The notes below the pieces were generated by a model. That model ran no database searches. It was given only the letters and a program-made list of their open reading frames with translations, and was not told the DNA's origin. Shown here piece after piece: positions 33,384-43,098 of a stretch of 64,000 bases of DNA. The position numbers and the translations under genes were made by a program. This DNA is from Acidobacteriota bacterium (GTDB lineage Bacteria > Acidobacteriota > UBA6911 > RPQK01 > CBDAPI01), in contig CBDBHK010000033.1 of the NCBI GenBank assembly GCA_965205615.1, positions 102,822 through 166,821 of the forward strand, read 5' to 3'. Numbering within the stretch: position 1 is the stretch's first letter; the number at the start of each line of letters is the position of its first letter.

Positions 33384-34897
33384 TCCGCCCCAACCCCCCA
33401 CGACCATCCGGCCTGGGAAAAAAACAGTTCCGCATGCTCACGCTGCTGGCAGGTGCCTGGCTGCTGCTCTCTGGATGTAGCACTCCCCCGCTGACCTCCG
33501 AGAGACCGCCCAACATTCTGCTGGCCATTGCGGACGACTGGGGCTGGCCCCATGCCGGAGTCTACGGCGATCCCGTCGTCAAGACACCGGTCTTCGATCG
33601 ACTTGCCAGGGAAGGGATTCGTTTCCGGCACGCCTATGTCTCGTCTCCGTCGTGCACGCCCTCCAGAGCGGCTCTTTTGACCGGGCAGTGGCACTGGAGA
33701 CTGGAGGAAAGCGCCAATCTGTGGAGTACGCTTCAGACGAGGTTTCCGGTCTACCCGGACCTCCTGGAGGAGGCCGGCTACTTTGTCGGTCATGAAGGGA
33801 AAGCCTGGGGTCCAGGTCGCCTGGCACCAGGTGGGCGGACCCGCAACCCGGCCGGCCCTGAGTTCGAGAACTTTGCCCGGTTTCTGGATGCCAGACCGGG
33901 TCAACAGCCGTTCTGCTACTGGCTGGGCACGTCCGATCCACACCGGCCCTACGAGCCAGGATCGGGCGAAGCCTCCGGAATGGATCTGAACGCTATTCGC
34001 CTGCCTGCCTGTTTTCCTGAAAGCCCAGAGGTGAGAAGCGACATTGCCGACTACTACTTCGAGGTTCAACGGTTCGACAGTCAGGTTGGAGAGGTGTTGA
34101 GGGAGCTGGAGAGACGCAACGAACTGGATAACACCATCATCATCATGACCGGCGATCACGGCATGCCCTTTCCGCGCTGCAAAGGGAATCTTTACGATAC
34201 CGGGACGCGAGTGCCGCTCGCCATTCGCTGGCCGTCCCTGATCGCCGCTGGCCGCCACAGCGATGATTTTGTCAGCCTGACGGATCTGGCGCCAACCATC
34301 CTGGATCTGGCCGGTGTCAGTATTTCGAAGAGTATGACGGGAAGGAGTCTGAAGGCGGTCCTGAGTTCCAGTGAGTCGGGAAGAATCGATCCGGAGCGGG
34401 CTCACGTCCTGACCGGCAAGGAACGCCATGTGCCGGCTCAGGAAGACCCGGACCACGGCGGGACCCCCATGAGGGCGATTCGAACCCACGACTTCCTCTA
34501 CATCTATAATTTCAGACCGGACCGCTGGCCGGCCGGAACCCCCAATCATGAAAAGGCCTTTCTTCCTGGTGCCTGGTACGGGGATGTCGATAACGGTCCG
34601 ACCAAGTTCTATATGGTGGACCACAGGGAAGAAGATGCCACCCACCGGAGGCTATTCGATCTTGCCTTTGCCAGGCGCCCCGCCGAGGAGCTTTTCGACC
34701 TGCAAAAAGATCCCGCCCAGCTCGAGAATGTAGCGGACAACCCGGAGTACGCGGAAACCAAGAAGCGACTGTCCGAACAACTCATGATCGAGCTGGAGTC
34801 CACGATGGATCCTCGCGTTCTGGGATTAGGGGATTTGTTGGAGGCCTATCCCTACTACGGCACGGGACCCCTGGCCCGGGACTGGAAGGGTCAGTAA
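33380..34897 (+). CDS. Sulfatase (formylglycine-dependent arylsulfatase family)
   Basis: Signal peptide. ADDWGWPHAGVYG and the CTPSR formylglycine signature (SSPSCTPSRAALLTGQ). C-terminal GDHG motif. Confidence 0.8.
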   Translation: MIRPNPPRPSGLGKKQFRMLTLLAGAWLLLSGCSTPPLTSERPPNILLAIADDWGWPHAGVYGDPVVKTPVFDRLAREGIRFRHAYVSSPSCTPSRAALLTGQWHWRLEESANLWSTLQTRFPVYPDLLEEAGYFVGHEGKAWGPGRLAPGGRTRNPAGPEFENFARFLDARPGQQPFCYWLGTSDPHRPYEPGSGEASGMDLNAIRLPACFPESPEVRSDIADYYFEVQRFDSQVGEVLRELERRNELDNTIIIMTGDHGMPFPRCKGNLYDTGTRVPLAIRWPSLIAAGRHSDDFVSLTDLAPTILDLAGVSISKSMTGRSLKAVLSSSESGRIDPERAHVLTGKERHVPAQEDPDHGGTPMRAIRTHDFLYIYNFRPDRWPAGTPNHEKAFLPGAWYGDVDNGPTKFYMVDHREEDATHRRLFDLAFARRPAEELFDLQKDPAQLENVADNPEYAETKKRLSEQLMIELESTMDPRVLGLGDLLEAYPYYGTGPLARDWKGQ

Positions 34898-35409
34898 CGT
34901 CTCAGGTGCAGTTTTGAAGTGGTTCTACCTTGTGACTGCAGTTCAATCGTCAACTCCCCCCGTACCTGCTCATAAATGATCCTTCCGGGGGAGCCCTCCT
35001 GTACTTTCAGGCCGTCAAAGACGGCGCGCGAACTGGTCAGTCCTACGAGTTGGTAGACAAGGGGCTCCTGCTCTCGCTCCCACCGCCGCAGCGCGGGGGT
35101 AAAGTGATTGAGCCTGAGAATCACTGCCTTCTCCTCTTCGAGCAGTGTGCGCAGCTCCAGGACACGAGTCTGACCGGCTACGACCAGGCGAAACAGGCTC
35201 ACGATCGATTTGCCTGCCGGAGCGCTCCAGTGCTCCTCAACCGTTCCCTCAAAGCCCGGTCCGGTCCAGTTCCCTTCCAGCCAGGCAAGGTTTTCGAGGG
35301 TGAGGTCAATAGAATTCGGCGAATCCTGCCCATTTTGTGAACAGCCGCCAAGTGACAGGATTAAGGCCACCAGCTTCACTCCAGCTACTCGGTATCCGGG
35401 CCGCAACAC
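34891..35409 (-). CDS. Hypothetical lipoprotein
   Basis: 172 aa. Lipobox LSLGGCS. No recognisable domain. Confidence 0.3.
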   Translation of the reverse strand: MLRPGYRVAGVKLVALILSLGGCSQNGQDSPNSIDLTLENLAWLEGNWTGPGFEGTVEEHWSAPAGKSIVSLFRLVVAGQTRVLELRTLLEEEKAVILRLNHFTPALRRWEREQEPLVYQLVGLTSSRAVFDGLKVQEGSPGRIIYEQVRGELTIELQSQGRTTSKLHLRRY

Positions 35410-35513
35410 GATGTCATTTTAGCGCGCCGGGTACATACCTTAGAACCTTGATAAGCCCACGGGTTCTTGAAAACCTTCAACTTTGCACCTTGAACCTGTA
35501 ACTTGGTGAGCAG

Positions 35514-36336
35514 ATGTTCGCGATAAGGCTTCTGCTGGGACTGGCCATTGGAGTTGTCGCAAGCCTGACTCTGCTCTGGCTGTGTCTTCCCTACCTGGAG
35601 CAGCGCATGGTCTTTTTTCCAACCCGTGATTGGGAGGTTGAGCCTTCCGATTTGGGCGTCCGGGCGCAGGAGCGAACCTTTGAGACTGAGGACGGCATAA
35701 GACTTTCAGGTCTGTGGATGGAGTCACCCACTCCGGGAGGAGTCGTGCTTTACGCCCACGGCAATGCCGGAAATCTCTCCCACCGTATTCCGATGGCTGA
35801 GGTCTGGAGGCGGGATCTGGGTCTATCCGTCCTGCTCTTTGACTACCGCGGGTATGGCCGGAGTCAGGGCCGCCCCAGCGAAGCGGGTCTGCTCAAGGAT
35901 ATTCGCGCTGCCTACGACCAGGCATTGCAACTGGGTGGCGAAATCCCCGATCGTTGCCGGACGGAGCCTGGGCACGGTTCCGGCGATTCAGCTGGCTGCG
36001 GAGCGTGAAGTTCGTGGGTTGCTTCTGGACTCGCCTCTGGCAAGTGCGGCACGTATGGCTCCGCGAGTCCTGCCTCTCCCCGGAATACACCGTTTCTTGT
36101 CGATCCAACTGGACAATGTCAGCGCCATCGCCGGGGCGCTGTGCCCGATCCTGATTCTGCACGGAGAACTCGATCGCGTGATTCCAATCGAGCACGGACG
36201 GGAAGTGTACGCGGCGGCCTCCGGAGCCCGTTTCGTGGTTCTGCGGGGTCAGGGACACAACGACCCGAGAACCACCACGGAGATTCTGACTCCGATTCGG
36301 GACTTTGTCTCGGTATTGCCCCGGCGACTCTTGTGA
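35514..36336 (+). pseudogene. Alpha/beta hydrolase (GxSxG: GRSLG), frameshifted near 35935-35945
   Basis: N-terminal half in frame 1 (35514-36008, HGNAG oxyanion motif). Nucleophile elbow IVAGRSLGT and C-terminal His region (LRGQGHND) in frame 2 (35764-36336). The two translations overlap around AYDQALQLGG. Confidence 0.55.
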
Positions 36337-36355
36337 TTGCGGGCCCGGACCCTTC

Positions 36356-36829
36356 CTAACTTCGCTCGTAAGTGCCTGTCAACTCCGTTTTACCCAGTAC
36401 GTGCTCTTCCATCTCCCGCTGCAGCTGAGCTTTCGTGACGGAACCCAGATCCGGCAGAACCGTGTCCAGAGCGTAGAGTTTGAGAAAGTATCGATGCCTT
36501 CCTGTCGGGGGGCAGGGCCCTCGATACCCGGTACGCCTCCAGTCGTTCAAACCCTCTACTGTTCCTGATGGAAGGTCTTGGTGGTCCGTTGCTTCAGGAA
36601 GGCCTGAGATGGAGGGAGGGATGTTGTACAGAACCCAGTGTACCCAGGTCAGCTTTGGTGCAGAGGGGTCGGGAGCGTCCGGATCGTCAACGATCAACAC
36701 CAGGCTTCGGGTCCCCTCGGGGACATCGGACCAGGCCAGGGGCGGGGAAAGGTCGGGCCCGTCGCACGTGTATCTCGCCGGAATCTCTGCAGCCGGCTCG
36801 AAAGCCCGTGAGGTCAGTGTGAAACCCAT
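36356..36829 (-). CDS. YbhB/YbcL-type phosphatidylethanolamine-binding (PEBP/Raf-kinase-inhibitor-like) protein
   Basis: MGFTLTSRAFEPAAEIPARYTCDGPDLSPPLAWSDVPEGTRSLVLIVDDPDAP...HWVLYNIP is the bacterial PEBP signature. The ORF finder extended 49 codons upstream to 36976. Confidence 0.7.
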   Translation of the reverse strand: MGFTLTSRAFEPAAEIPARYTCDGPDLSPPLAWSDVPEGTRSLVLIVDDPDAPDPSAPKLTWVHWVLYNIPPSISGLPEATDHQDLPSGTVEGLNDWRRTGYRGPCPPTGRHRYFLKLYALDTVLPDLGSVTKAQLQREMEEHVLGKTELTGTYERS

Positions 36830-36939
36830 CTTGAATTCCCTCCGGTGGTCATCGTGCAGCTTCCTCGGATATGTCCTATCATGCCTGAGCAGACCCGCAT
36901 AGAAAAGACCGCCAAGAATGGGAGAGAGTTTTTCGACTG

Positions 36940-38136
36940 ATGTGGACTCGAGCCCTGCCACGATTCGCTCCTGCATTGGCGTTGGGAACTCTGGCAGTTC
37001 CTGTTACCGTCACCTGCCAGGAAGCGAATCCCGCGGGTCTCTATGAGAAGGTGGTCAAGGATTTCCAGGAGGCCGACTATCGTCGGGCCCTGGCAGCCTT
37101 TGAAAGGCTTATCCAGGACGAATCTCGGTCAGAATACCATTTTAATGTTGGCGTTTGTCAATTCCTGCTCGGCAACTACCCCGCGTCTCACGCTGCCTTC
37201 GACAAAGCCGTGCGGGGAGACCCTCGGTCAGCGGATTTTCGGCTGGGTCTGGCCAAGGCTCTGTTTCGCCTCGACCGAAAGTCGGAGTCCCGGACCGAGT
37301 TTGCCCGGGTCCTGGAGCAGCAGCCCCGCAGTGCCGAGGCCCTTTACCATCTGGGACTGGTGGCCCTGGCCGAACGAGATTATACGAGTGCACTGGAGTA
37401 CTTCGAGCGAGTGATCCAGCTCGACCCGATGCATGCAGGGGCACTCTTTAACGCGGGTCGTGCGCTGATTCGCCTTCAGGATCCCGATCGGGGTCGCGCT
37501 TATCTTGCCCGACACGAGCAGACCGTCAAGAGGCTGGCCAGACTAACCCGGATGAAAAAGTCCGTCGAGTCCGGGACCTCCACCTCGAGCCAGTGGATGA
37601 CGCTCGGCAATGCCTACCTGGAGGCCGGACTTCAGACAGAAGCCCTGGAAGCCTTCCAGGAAGCTCGTCAGATGGGCCACGAACCGCTGAGCCCCACCGC
37701 TATTGGTTCTGATCCGGCACAGACGCAACACCCGGGGCCAATGCAGAATATTCCCGCGGGATCGGAAGAGTCGCTCAGGACTGCAAAAGCCCATCGCAAA
37801 GCCGGGCGTCTGCCGGAAGCCGCCGAGGATTTTCGGCAGGCCTGGCTGGCGGATCCGGAGAAAGCAGAACCGCTGCTGGCCCTGGCTGAGGTTCTGATTG
37901 CAATGGAGGAGTGGCAGGCGGCGTTGGAGGCCGCTCGTTCTCTCACCCGGCATTTTCCGGCTCTCGCCCGGGGTCACTACTACAGGGCCTCCTGCCTGGC
38001 CCGGCTTGGTCGTCCCAGAGCGTCCCGGCGCTGGGTGAAAAAGGCGCTCCAGCTGGAGCCGACACTCGAAGCTGGCCGTGAGCTGCTGGATCAGCTCAAC
38101 CGGCACCTGGAGAAGCAACAGGAGCACCCGGGGTGA
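36940..38136 (+). CDS. Secreted tetratricopeptide-repeat protein
   Basis: 398 aa with signal peptide and multiple TPR repeats. Stop overlaps the GTG start of the next gene (GTGA). Confidence 0.5.
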   Translation: MWTRALPRFAPALALGTLAVPVTVTCQEANPAGLYEKVVKDFQEADYRRALAAFERLIQDESRSEYHFNVGVCQFLLGNYPASHAAFDKAVRGDPRSADFRLGLAKALFRLDRKSESRTEFARVLEQQPRSAEALYHLGLVALAERDYTSALEYFERVIQLDPMHAGALFNAGRALIRLQDPDRGRAYLARHEQTVKRLARLTRMKKSVESGTSTSSQWMTLGNAYLEAGLQTEALEAFQEARQMGHEPLSPTAIGSDPAQTQHPGPMQNIPAGSEESLRTAKAHRKAGRLPEAAEDFRQAWLADPEKAEPLLALAEVLIAMEEWQAALEAARSLTRHFPALARGHYYRASCLARLGRPRASRRWVKKALQLEPTLEAGRELLDQLNRHLEKQQEHPG

Positions 38137-39794
38137 TCCTGTTAGCCCTGCTTGTGGTGATCAACCCGGCCCTGGCAGAAAGTGGTGCCGGCCACGCGCT
38201 GGTGCCGGAGTTCGTTGAAGTTGAGGGTGAGCGCGGCCTGACGTTCCTGCATTCTCAGGGGGGAGAGGGACACAGATTCATGATCGAAACCGTCGGGTCC
38301 GGAGCGGGTTTCCTGGACTATGACAACGACGGCTGATCGGACATCTACCTGGTTCAGAGCGGCTCTCACGAGGCGGCGGGCCGCGCCCCGAATCGACTCT
38401 TTCGCAACAACGGAAACGGCACTTTTTCGCGCGTAGAAGGAAGCGGGGCCGAGGATCGGGGGTACGGGATGGGCTGCACTTTCGGGGACTTCGACAATGA
38501 CGGCTGGTCGGATATCTACGTGACCAATTTCGGTCCCAACCGGCTCTTTCGCAACCGGGGCGACGGGAGCTTTGAAGAGGTTTCCGAGCAAGCCGGAGTC
38601 GATGATGAAAGCTGGAGTTCCAGCGCTGCCTTTGCAGACGTCAACAGTGACGGCTGGCTGGATCTCTATGTTGGGAACTACGTTGATTTCACCTTTGAAA
38701 ACCACGTTTCCTGCACGACTCGCGGGGTCCCGGGTTACTGCCCCCCGACGACCTACGAGGAAAAAGAAAACTCTTTCTATCTCAATCTTGGAGACGGCAC
38801 CTTTCGCCGGGCCAATGCCGAGCACGGCCTGGTACCGGGCAACCCGGCGGCCAGCAAGACGCTGGGAGTGCTTTTCTTTGATATGGACAACGACGGAGAC
38901 CAGGATCTGTATGTCGCCAACGACATGACAGCCAATTTTCTGTTCGAGAATCAGGGCCGGGGACGGTTCACGGACATTTCCGCTCTCTCCGGGGCGGCCT
39001 ACAACCTGGACGGAGAAACGGAGGCCGGAAGGGGGGTTGACGCTGCGGACGTCGACAGGAACGGGCGCTTCGACCTGATCGTCTCTCACTTCGATATAGA
39101 AACGAACACCCTCTATTTGAATGAGGGAGACGGTCTTTTTAGTGACAACAGCGAGGCAGCGGGAATTGCCGGTCCCAGCCGGACCAGTGTCGGATTCGGG
39201 ATCAACTTTGCGGACTTCAACAATTCCGGCAACCCCGACCTGTTCGTTGCCAACGGTCATGTGAACGACACCATCGCCGAAACCAATCGGACCTTCAGGT
39301 TTGCCCAGCCCAACCGGCTTCTCATTAACCTGGGGAAAGGGCGTTTCGCCGATGTCACTGCGGATGCGGGGCCGTCGCTGAGCCGGGAAGAGGTGTCTCG
39401 TGGGTCGGCAGTCGCCGATTTTGACCAGGACGGCGACCTGGACTTGCTCGTAACCAACAACAACGGCCCGGTCCGTCGCTTGCTCAATCGTCTCAATGAA
39501 CGCCAGGCACCACATTCCTGGGTGCAGTTCGTCCTTCAGGGTAGCGACTGCAATCGCAACGCCGTCGGCGCCCGCCTGCGTCTCACCTCAGCCGGAACCC
39601 TCCAAGAGCGGGAGGTTCGCAGTGCCAGCGGTTATCTCAGTCAGAGTGAACGGGTCGTCCACTTTGGCCTCGGCAATCAGAAGGCTTCGCCACGCCTCGA
39701 GGTCAGATGGCCCTGCGGGAAAAGGCAGAGTGTTGACTCTCTGGAACCGAACAGACGTCACCGGCTGGTCGAACCCTCGCGATCCGGGGAGTGA
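38133..39794 (+). pseudogene. FG-GAP repeat / ASPIC-UnbV (CRTAC1-like) protein with in-frame TGA at 38334-38336 replacing a conserved Trp
   Basis: Single continuous frame. It reads DYDNDG-[TGA]-SDIY at the first calcium-binding-like repeat. Later repeats read DFDNDGWSDIY and DVNSDGWLDLY. C-terminal ASPIC/UnbV-like segment (RLEVRWPCGKRQ). The ORF finder split it into 38133-38336 and 38469-39794. Confidence 0.6.
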
Positions 39795-39861
39795 ATGCGG
39801 CTGAAGAGAATGGCGGTTTTGGGGTATTCTTAGTGAAAGCCTAAAACTCAGGAGTGTAGCC

Positions 39862-40311
39862 ATGAAATACGTCAGGGACGTCCTTGGGAACAAAGGACGC
39901 GACATCTGGTCTGTGGCTCCCGACAAGCCGGTCTACAAGGCTCTGCAGTTGATGTCCGAAAAGAACTGTGGGGCCGTACTGGTGCTCGAACATGAGACGC
40001 TGGTGGGTATTGTGTCCGAGCGGGACTATGCCCGAAAGGTCATCCTCGAGGGTAAGTCGTCCAAGGACACGCCGGTCGAGGAGATCATGAGCCGGCGGGT
40101 CGTTTGCGTCCAGCCCGACAACACGATCGATGAGTGTATGGCGCTGATGACGGATAAGCGCATTCGACACTTACCGGTGTTGAAAGACGAGGAGACGCTG
40201 GTTGGCCTGATCTCGATCGGGGACGTGGTCAAAGAGGTGATCTCGGAGCAGGAATTCATCATCCACCAGCTGGAAAGCTACATCCAGGGCTCCCCCGTAA
40301 CACACTTGTAA
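39862..40311 (+). CDS. CBS-domain pair protein
   Basis: 149 aa with two CBS motifs (GAVLVLEHETLVGIVSERD; HLPVLKDEETLVGLISIGD). Confidence 0.7.
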   Translation: MKYVRDVLGNKGRDIWSVAPDKPVYKALQLMSEKNCGAVLVLEHETLVGIVSERDYARKVILEGKSSKDTPVEEIMSRRVVCVQPDNTIDECMALMTDKRIRHLPVLKDEETLVGLISIGDVVKEVISEQEFIIHQLESYIQGSPVTHL

Positions 40312-40516
40312 CAGGGTGCAAGCCGAAGCCAGGGAGTAGCGGCTGGCAGCGAGAAAAGTGCCGCTTGACCGCCGGCCCACACCGACGATTCACTTTCCGG
40401 AAACGCCGCACTAGCTCCTATCAGTGTTTCATGAGATCATGACCCGCGCTTCCGGTACCGTGTACCTGCAGGCCAGCTAACAACCGCAGCATGTCCGACT
40501 CGAATCGTACTAGTTC

Positions 40517-41056
40517 ATGACCCTTCTTACCGCACAGGTCGCCTTCTACTACATGGCGGCCGCCAGCGTCACCAGCGCGATCCTGGCCGTGACGCGGAGG
40601 AGTCCCGTCCACAGCATGCTCTGGGTGCTGGCCCTCTTTCTGCACGTGGCGGGAATCTTTCTGCTGCTGGGCGCGGAGTTCCTGGCGGCCGTCCAGGTCA
40701 TCGTGTATGCCGGAGCCATCCTGGTCTTTTATCTCTTTGTCCTGATGTTGCTCGACTTACCGGGCGAGGAGGCCCGGCCCCGCTTTGGCGCCCACTGGCC
40801 TCTGGCGGCTGCCGTGGGCCTGGGATTCGGGCTGCTGGCCTGGCTGGCCCTGGTCGGGACTTTCGACCCGGTAGGAGCCGGGATTGCAGAGGCTGCTCCG
40901 TCAGGCCAGGGAGAAGGTCCGCCACTGGGAAGTCTTGCGCAGGTGGGCAGGGCACTTTTCGGTCCGTTCGCACTGCCCTTTGAAATGGCCTCTCTGATCC
41001 TTCTGGCCGCCATCGTGAGCGCGGTCGTGCTGGCCAGAAGGAGGGCAGAACGATGA
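40517..41056 (+). CDS. nuoJ: NADH-quinone oxidoreductase subunit J
   Basis: 179 aa, five TM segments, NuoJ/ND6-like. First gene of the membrane-arm block. Confidence 0.75.
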   Translation: MTLLTAQVAFYYMAAASVTSAILAVTRRSPVHSMLWVLALFLHVAGIFLLLGAEFLAAVQVIVYAGAILVFYLFVLMLLDLPGEEARPRFGAHWPLAAAVGLGFGLLAWLALVGTFDPVGAGIAEAAPSGQGEGPPLGSLAQVGRALFGPFALPFEMASLILLAAIVSAVVLARRRAER

Positions 41057-41358
41057 TCGTCCCGGTGGGCGTGGTTCTGGCCCTGAGTGCGGTCCTCTTC
41101 GGGATCGGAGTATTCGGCTTTCTGGCCCGCCGCAACCTGATCCTGATGCTGGTTTCGATCGAGGTCATGCTCAATGCCGTCAACCTCAGCCTGGCCGGAT
41201 TCAGCCGTCACTTCAATGATCCAACCGGGCAGGTCCTGGCCCTTTTCGTGATCGCGGTGGCGGCGGCGGAAGCCGGGGTGGGTCTGGGGCTCGTGATCGC
41301 TCTGAACCGGAACAAGCCGGGGGCCAGTGTGACGGACCTGACCGATCTCAAATGGTGA
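41053..41358 (+). CDS. nuoK: NADH-quinone oxidoreductase subunit K
   Basis: 101 aa, three TM helices with conserved Glu residues (SIEVMLNAVNL, AAAEAGVGLGL). Confidence 0.8.
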   Translation: MIVPVGVVLALSAVLFGIGVFGFLARRNLILMLVSIEVMLNAVNLSLAGFSRHFNDPTGQVLALFVIAVAAAEAGVGLGLVIALNRNKPGASVTDLTDLKW

Positions 41359-41377
41359 GGGCAGTGGAGGCGGCACA

Positions 41378-42838
41378 TTGAGTTCGATCACACCGCTTCT
41401 GGCCGTGCTGGTTTCTGCCCTGGGTGCACTCCTGATTGCCTTCACGGGCCGGCGTCGCGCCAATCTGAGAGAGTTCTGGTCGGTTGCCGCCGGTGTGGCG
41501 ATGTTCGCCCTGGTCGCCAGCATGATCCCGGAGGTTCTGGCCGGCGGCACGCCGGAATGCAAGCTCTTCAGCCTTCTTCCCGGCATTGAGCTCGCTTTTC
41601 GAGTGGATGCCTTCGGTCTCCTCTTTGCCCTGGGGGCCTCGCTCCTGTGGATCCTGACCTCGTTCTATTCGATTGGTTACATGCGTTCCCTCAAAGAGCA
41701 CGCGCAAACCCGCTATTTTGCCTGTTTCGCCCTGGCCCTCTCTGCCACCCTGGGGGTGGCCTTCTCGGCCAACCTGTTCACCCTGTTTCTGTTTTACGAG
41801 GGCCTGACCCTGGTCACCTACCCCCTGGTGGGTCACAAGGAGACCGCCGAAGCCAGGGCCGGCGCCCGCAAGTACGTCATCTATCTTCTGGGCGCCGCCA
41901 AGGTGCTTCTCATCGCTGCCATCATCCTGATCTACAACGTGGCCGGAACCCTGGAGTTCCGCCTGGGCGGGATCCTGCCGTTTGAGGAGGTGACCGCGCA
42001 GCCCCGGCTTCTCTATCTCATTTTCGCGCTGTTCCTGTTCGGATTTGCCAAAAACGCGCTTGTCCCCCTGCACGGGTGGCTGCCGGCGGCTATGGTGGCT
42101 CCCACCCCCGTGAGCGCTTTGCTGCACGCCGTGGCCGTGGTTAAAACCGGCGTGTTTTCCACGCTTCGGGTCTTTCTGTTTATTTTCGGCGCCGACGCCA
42201 TGCGCGAGATCGGCGCCGACCACCTGGCGCTGGGAGCCGCCTCGATAACCATCCTGGTCGGTTCGCTGCTCGCCCTGGGACAGGATAATCTCAAGGCCCG
42301 GCTGGCCTTTTCGACGGTGAGCCAGCTCTCCTACATCATCCTGGGAGCGGCGCTCCTGAACCAGAGCGGGATCCTGGGCGGGGTCTCCCACATCACGAAC
42401 CACGCCGTATCAAAGATCACGCTTTTTCTGTGCGCCGGCTCCATTTACGTGTCCACGCACAAGACCAAGATCAGCCAGATGTCCGGACTGGCCAGGCGTA
42501 TGCCCTGGACCATGGCGGCGTTTGCGGTGGCTTCGCTGAGCATAGTGGGCATTCCCGGTACCTCCGGGTTCGTCTCCAAGTGGTACCTGGCCCTGGGCTC
42601 GCTGGAGCTGCACAGCCTGGCCCTCCTGGGCGTACTTCTGATCAGCTCGCTTCTGAACGCAGCCTACCTTGGCCCGGTCGTGTACAAAGCCTATTTTGAA
42701 GAGGCGCCCCCCACTCACGAGGAGGTCCGCGAGGTTCCCTGGATGGTTGCGCCCCTGGCCATCAGCGCGGCAGCCAGCCTGCTCCTGGGCCTGTACCCGG
42801 CCCCGGTGCTGGAACTGGCCGGAAGGGCCGTACCGTGA
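41378..42838 (+). CDS. Additional NuoL/MrpA-like antiporter-type subunit (486 aa, no long C-terminal helix), extra to the canonical L, M, N set
   Basis: 14-TM antiporter core. FLFYEG (TM5 Glu). FAKNALVPLHGWLPAAMVAPTPVSALLHAVAVVKTG resembles NuoL/MrpA ([26 protein letters not shown]), but the LPDA aspartate is Ala. Lies between nuoK and the 589-aa nuoL. Confidence 0.7.
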   Translation: MSSITPLLAVLVSALGALLIAFTGRRRANLREFWSVAAGVAMFALVASMIPEVLAGGTPECKLFSLLPGIELAFRVDAFGLLFALGASLLWILTSFYSIGYMRSLKEHAQTRYFACFALALSATLGVAFSANLFTLFLFYEGLTLVTYPLVGHKETAEARAGARKYVIYLLGAAKVLLIAAIILIYNVAGTLEFRLGGILPFEEVTAQPRLLYLIFALFLFGFAKNALVPLHGWLPAAMVAPTPVSALLHAVAVVKTGVFSTLRVFLFIFGADAMREIGADHLALGAASITILVGSLLALGQDNLKARLAFSTVSQLSYIILGAALLNQSGILGGVSHITNHAVSKITLFLCAGSIYVSTHKTKISQMSGLARRMPWTMAAFAVASLSIVGIPGTSGFVSKWYLALGSLELHSLALLGVLLISSLLNAAYLGPVVYKAYFEEAPPTHEEVREVPWMVAPLAISAAASLLLGLYPAPVLELAGRAVP

Positions 42839-43098
42839 ACTTCCTGGAGAGGCAGCTCGAAAACCCGGTCCGTCTGGCCCGTATCAAGCGCTGGTTCTAC
42901 CTGGGCCTGGTCGTCGTCGCTGTGGGGGAAATCGTTCTGCCCAGGGTACTTCACGGTTCCCACCCCCATTTCTGGTTCGAGGGCTTTCCCGCCTGGGGAT
43001 CTCTCTACGGATTGGCTTCCTGCGTGGCGATCATCGTCGTGTCCAAGCTGATCGGGAAAGTGTGGCTGATGCGCCGGGAAGACTATTATGACTCTTGA
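42835..43098 (+). CDS. Small 2-TM membrane protein encoded between the extra antiporter subunit and nuoL
   Basis: 87 aa. GTG start overlaps the stop of the upstream gene (GTGA). Its stop overlaps the nuoL ATG (ATGA). Two hydrophobic helices (WFYLGLVVVAVGEIVLP; LYGLASCVAIIVVSKLIG). High third-position GC consistent with coding. Confidence 0.55.
   Translation: MNFLERQLENPVRLARIKRWFYLGLVVVAVGEIVLPRVLHGSHPHFWFEGFPAWGSLYGLASCVAIIVVSKLIGKVWLMRREDYYDS

Noticed and set aside
38334-38336. TGA read as Trp or selenocysteine (recoding)
   Set aside because: Many other genes in the window terminate with TGA at expected positions (for example nuoN, nuoG, nuoH) and the genome is GC-rich, so a UGA=Trp code is implausible. 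No SECIS-like context was examined, and a Cys/Sec at a structural Trp position is unlikely.
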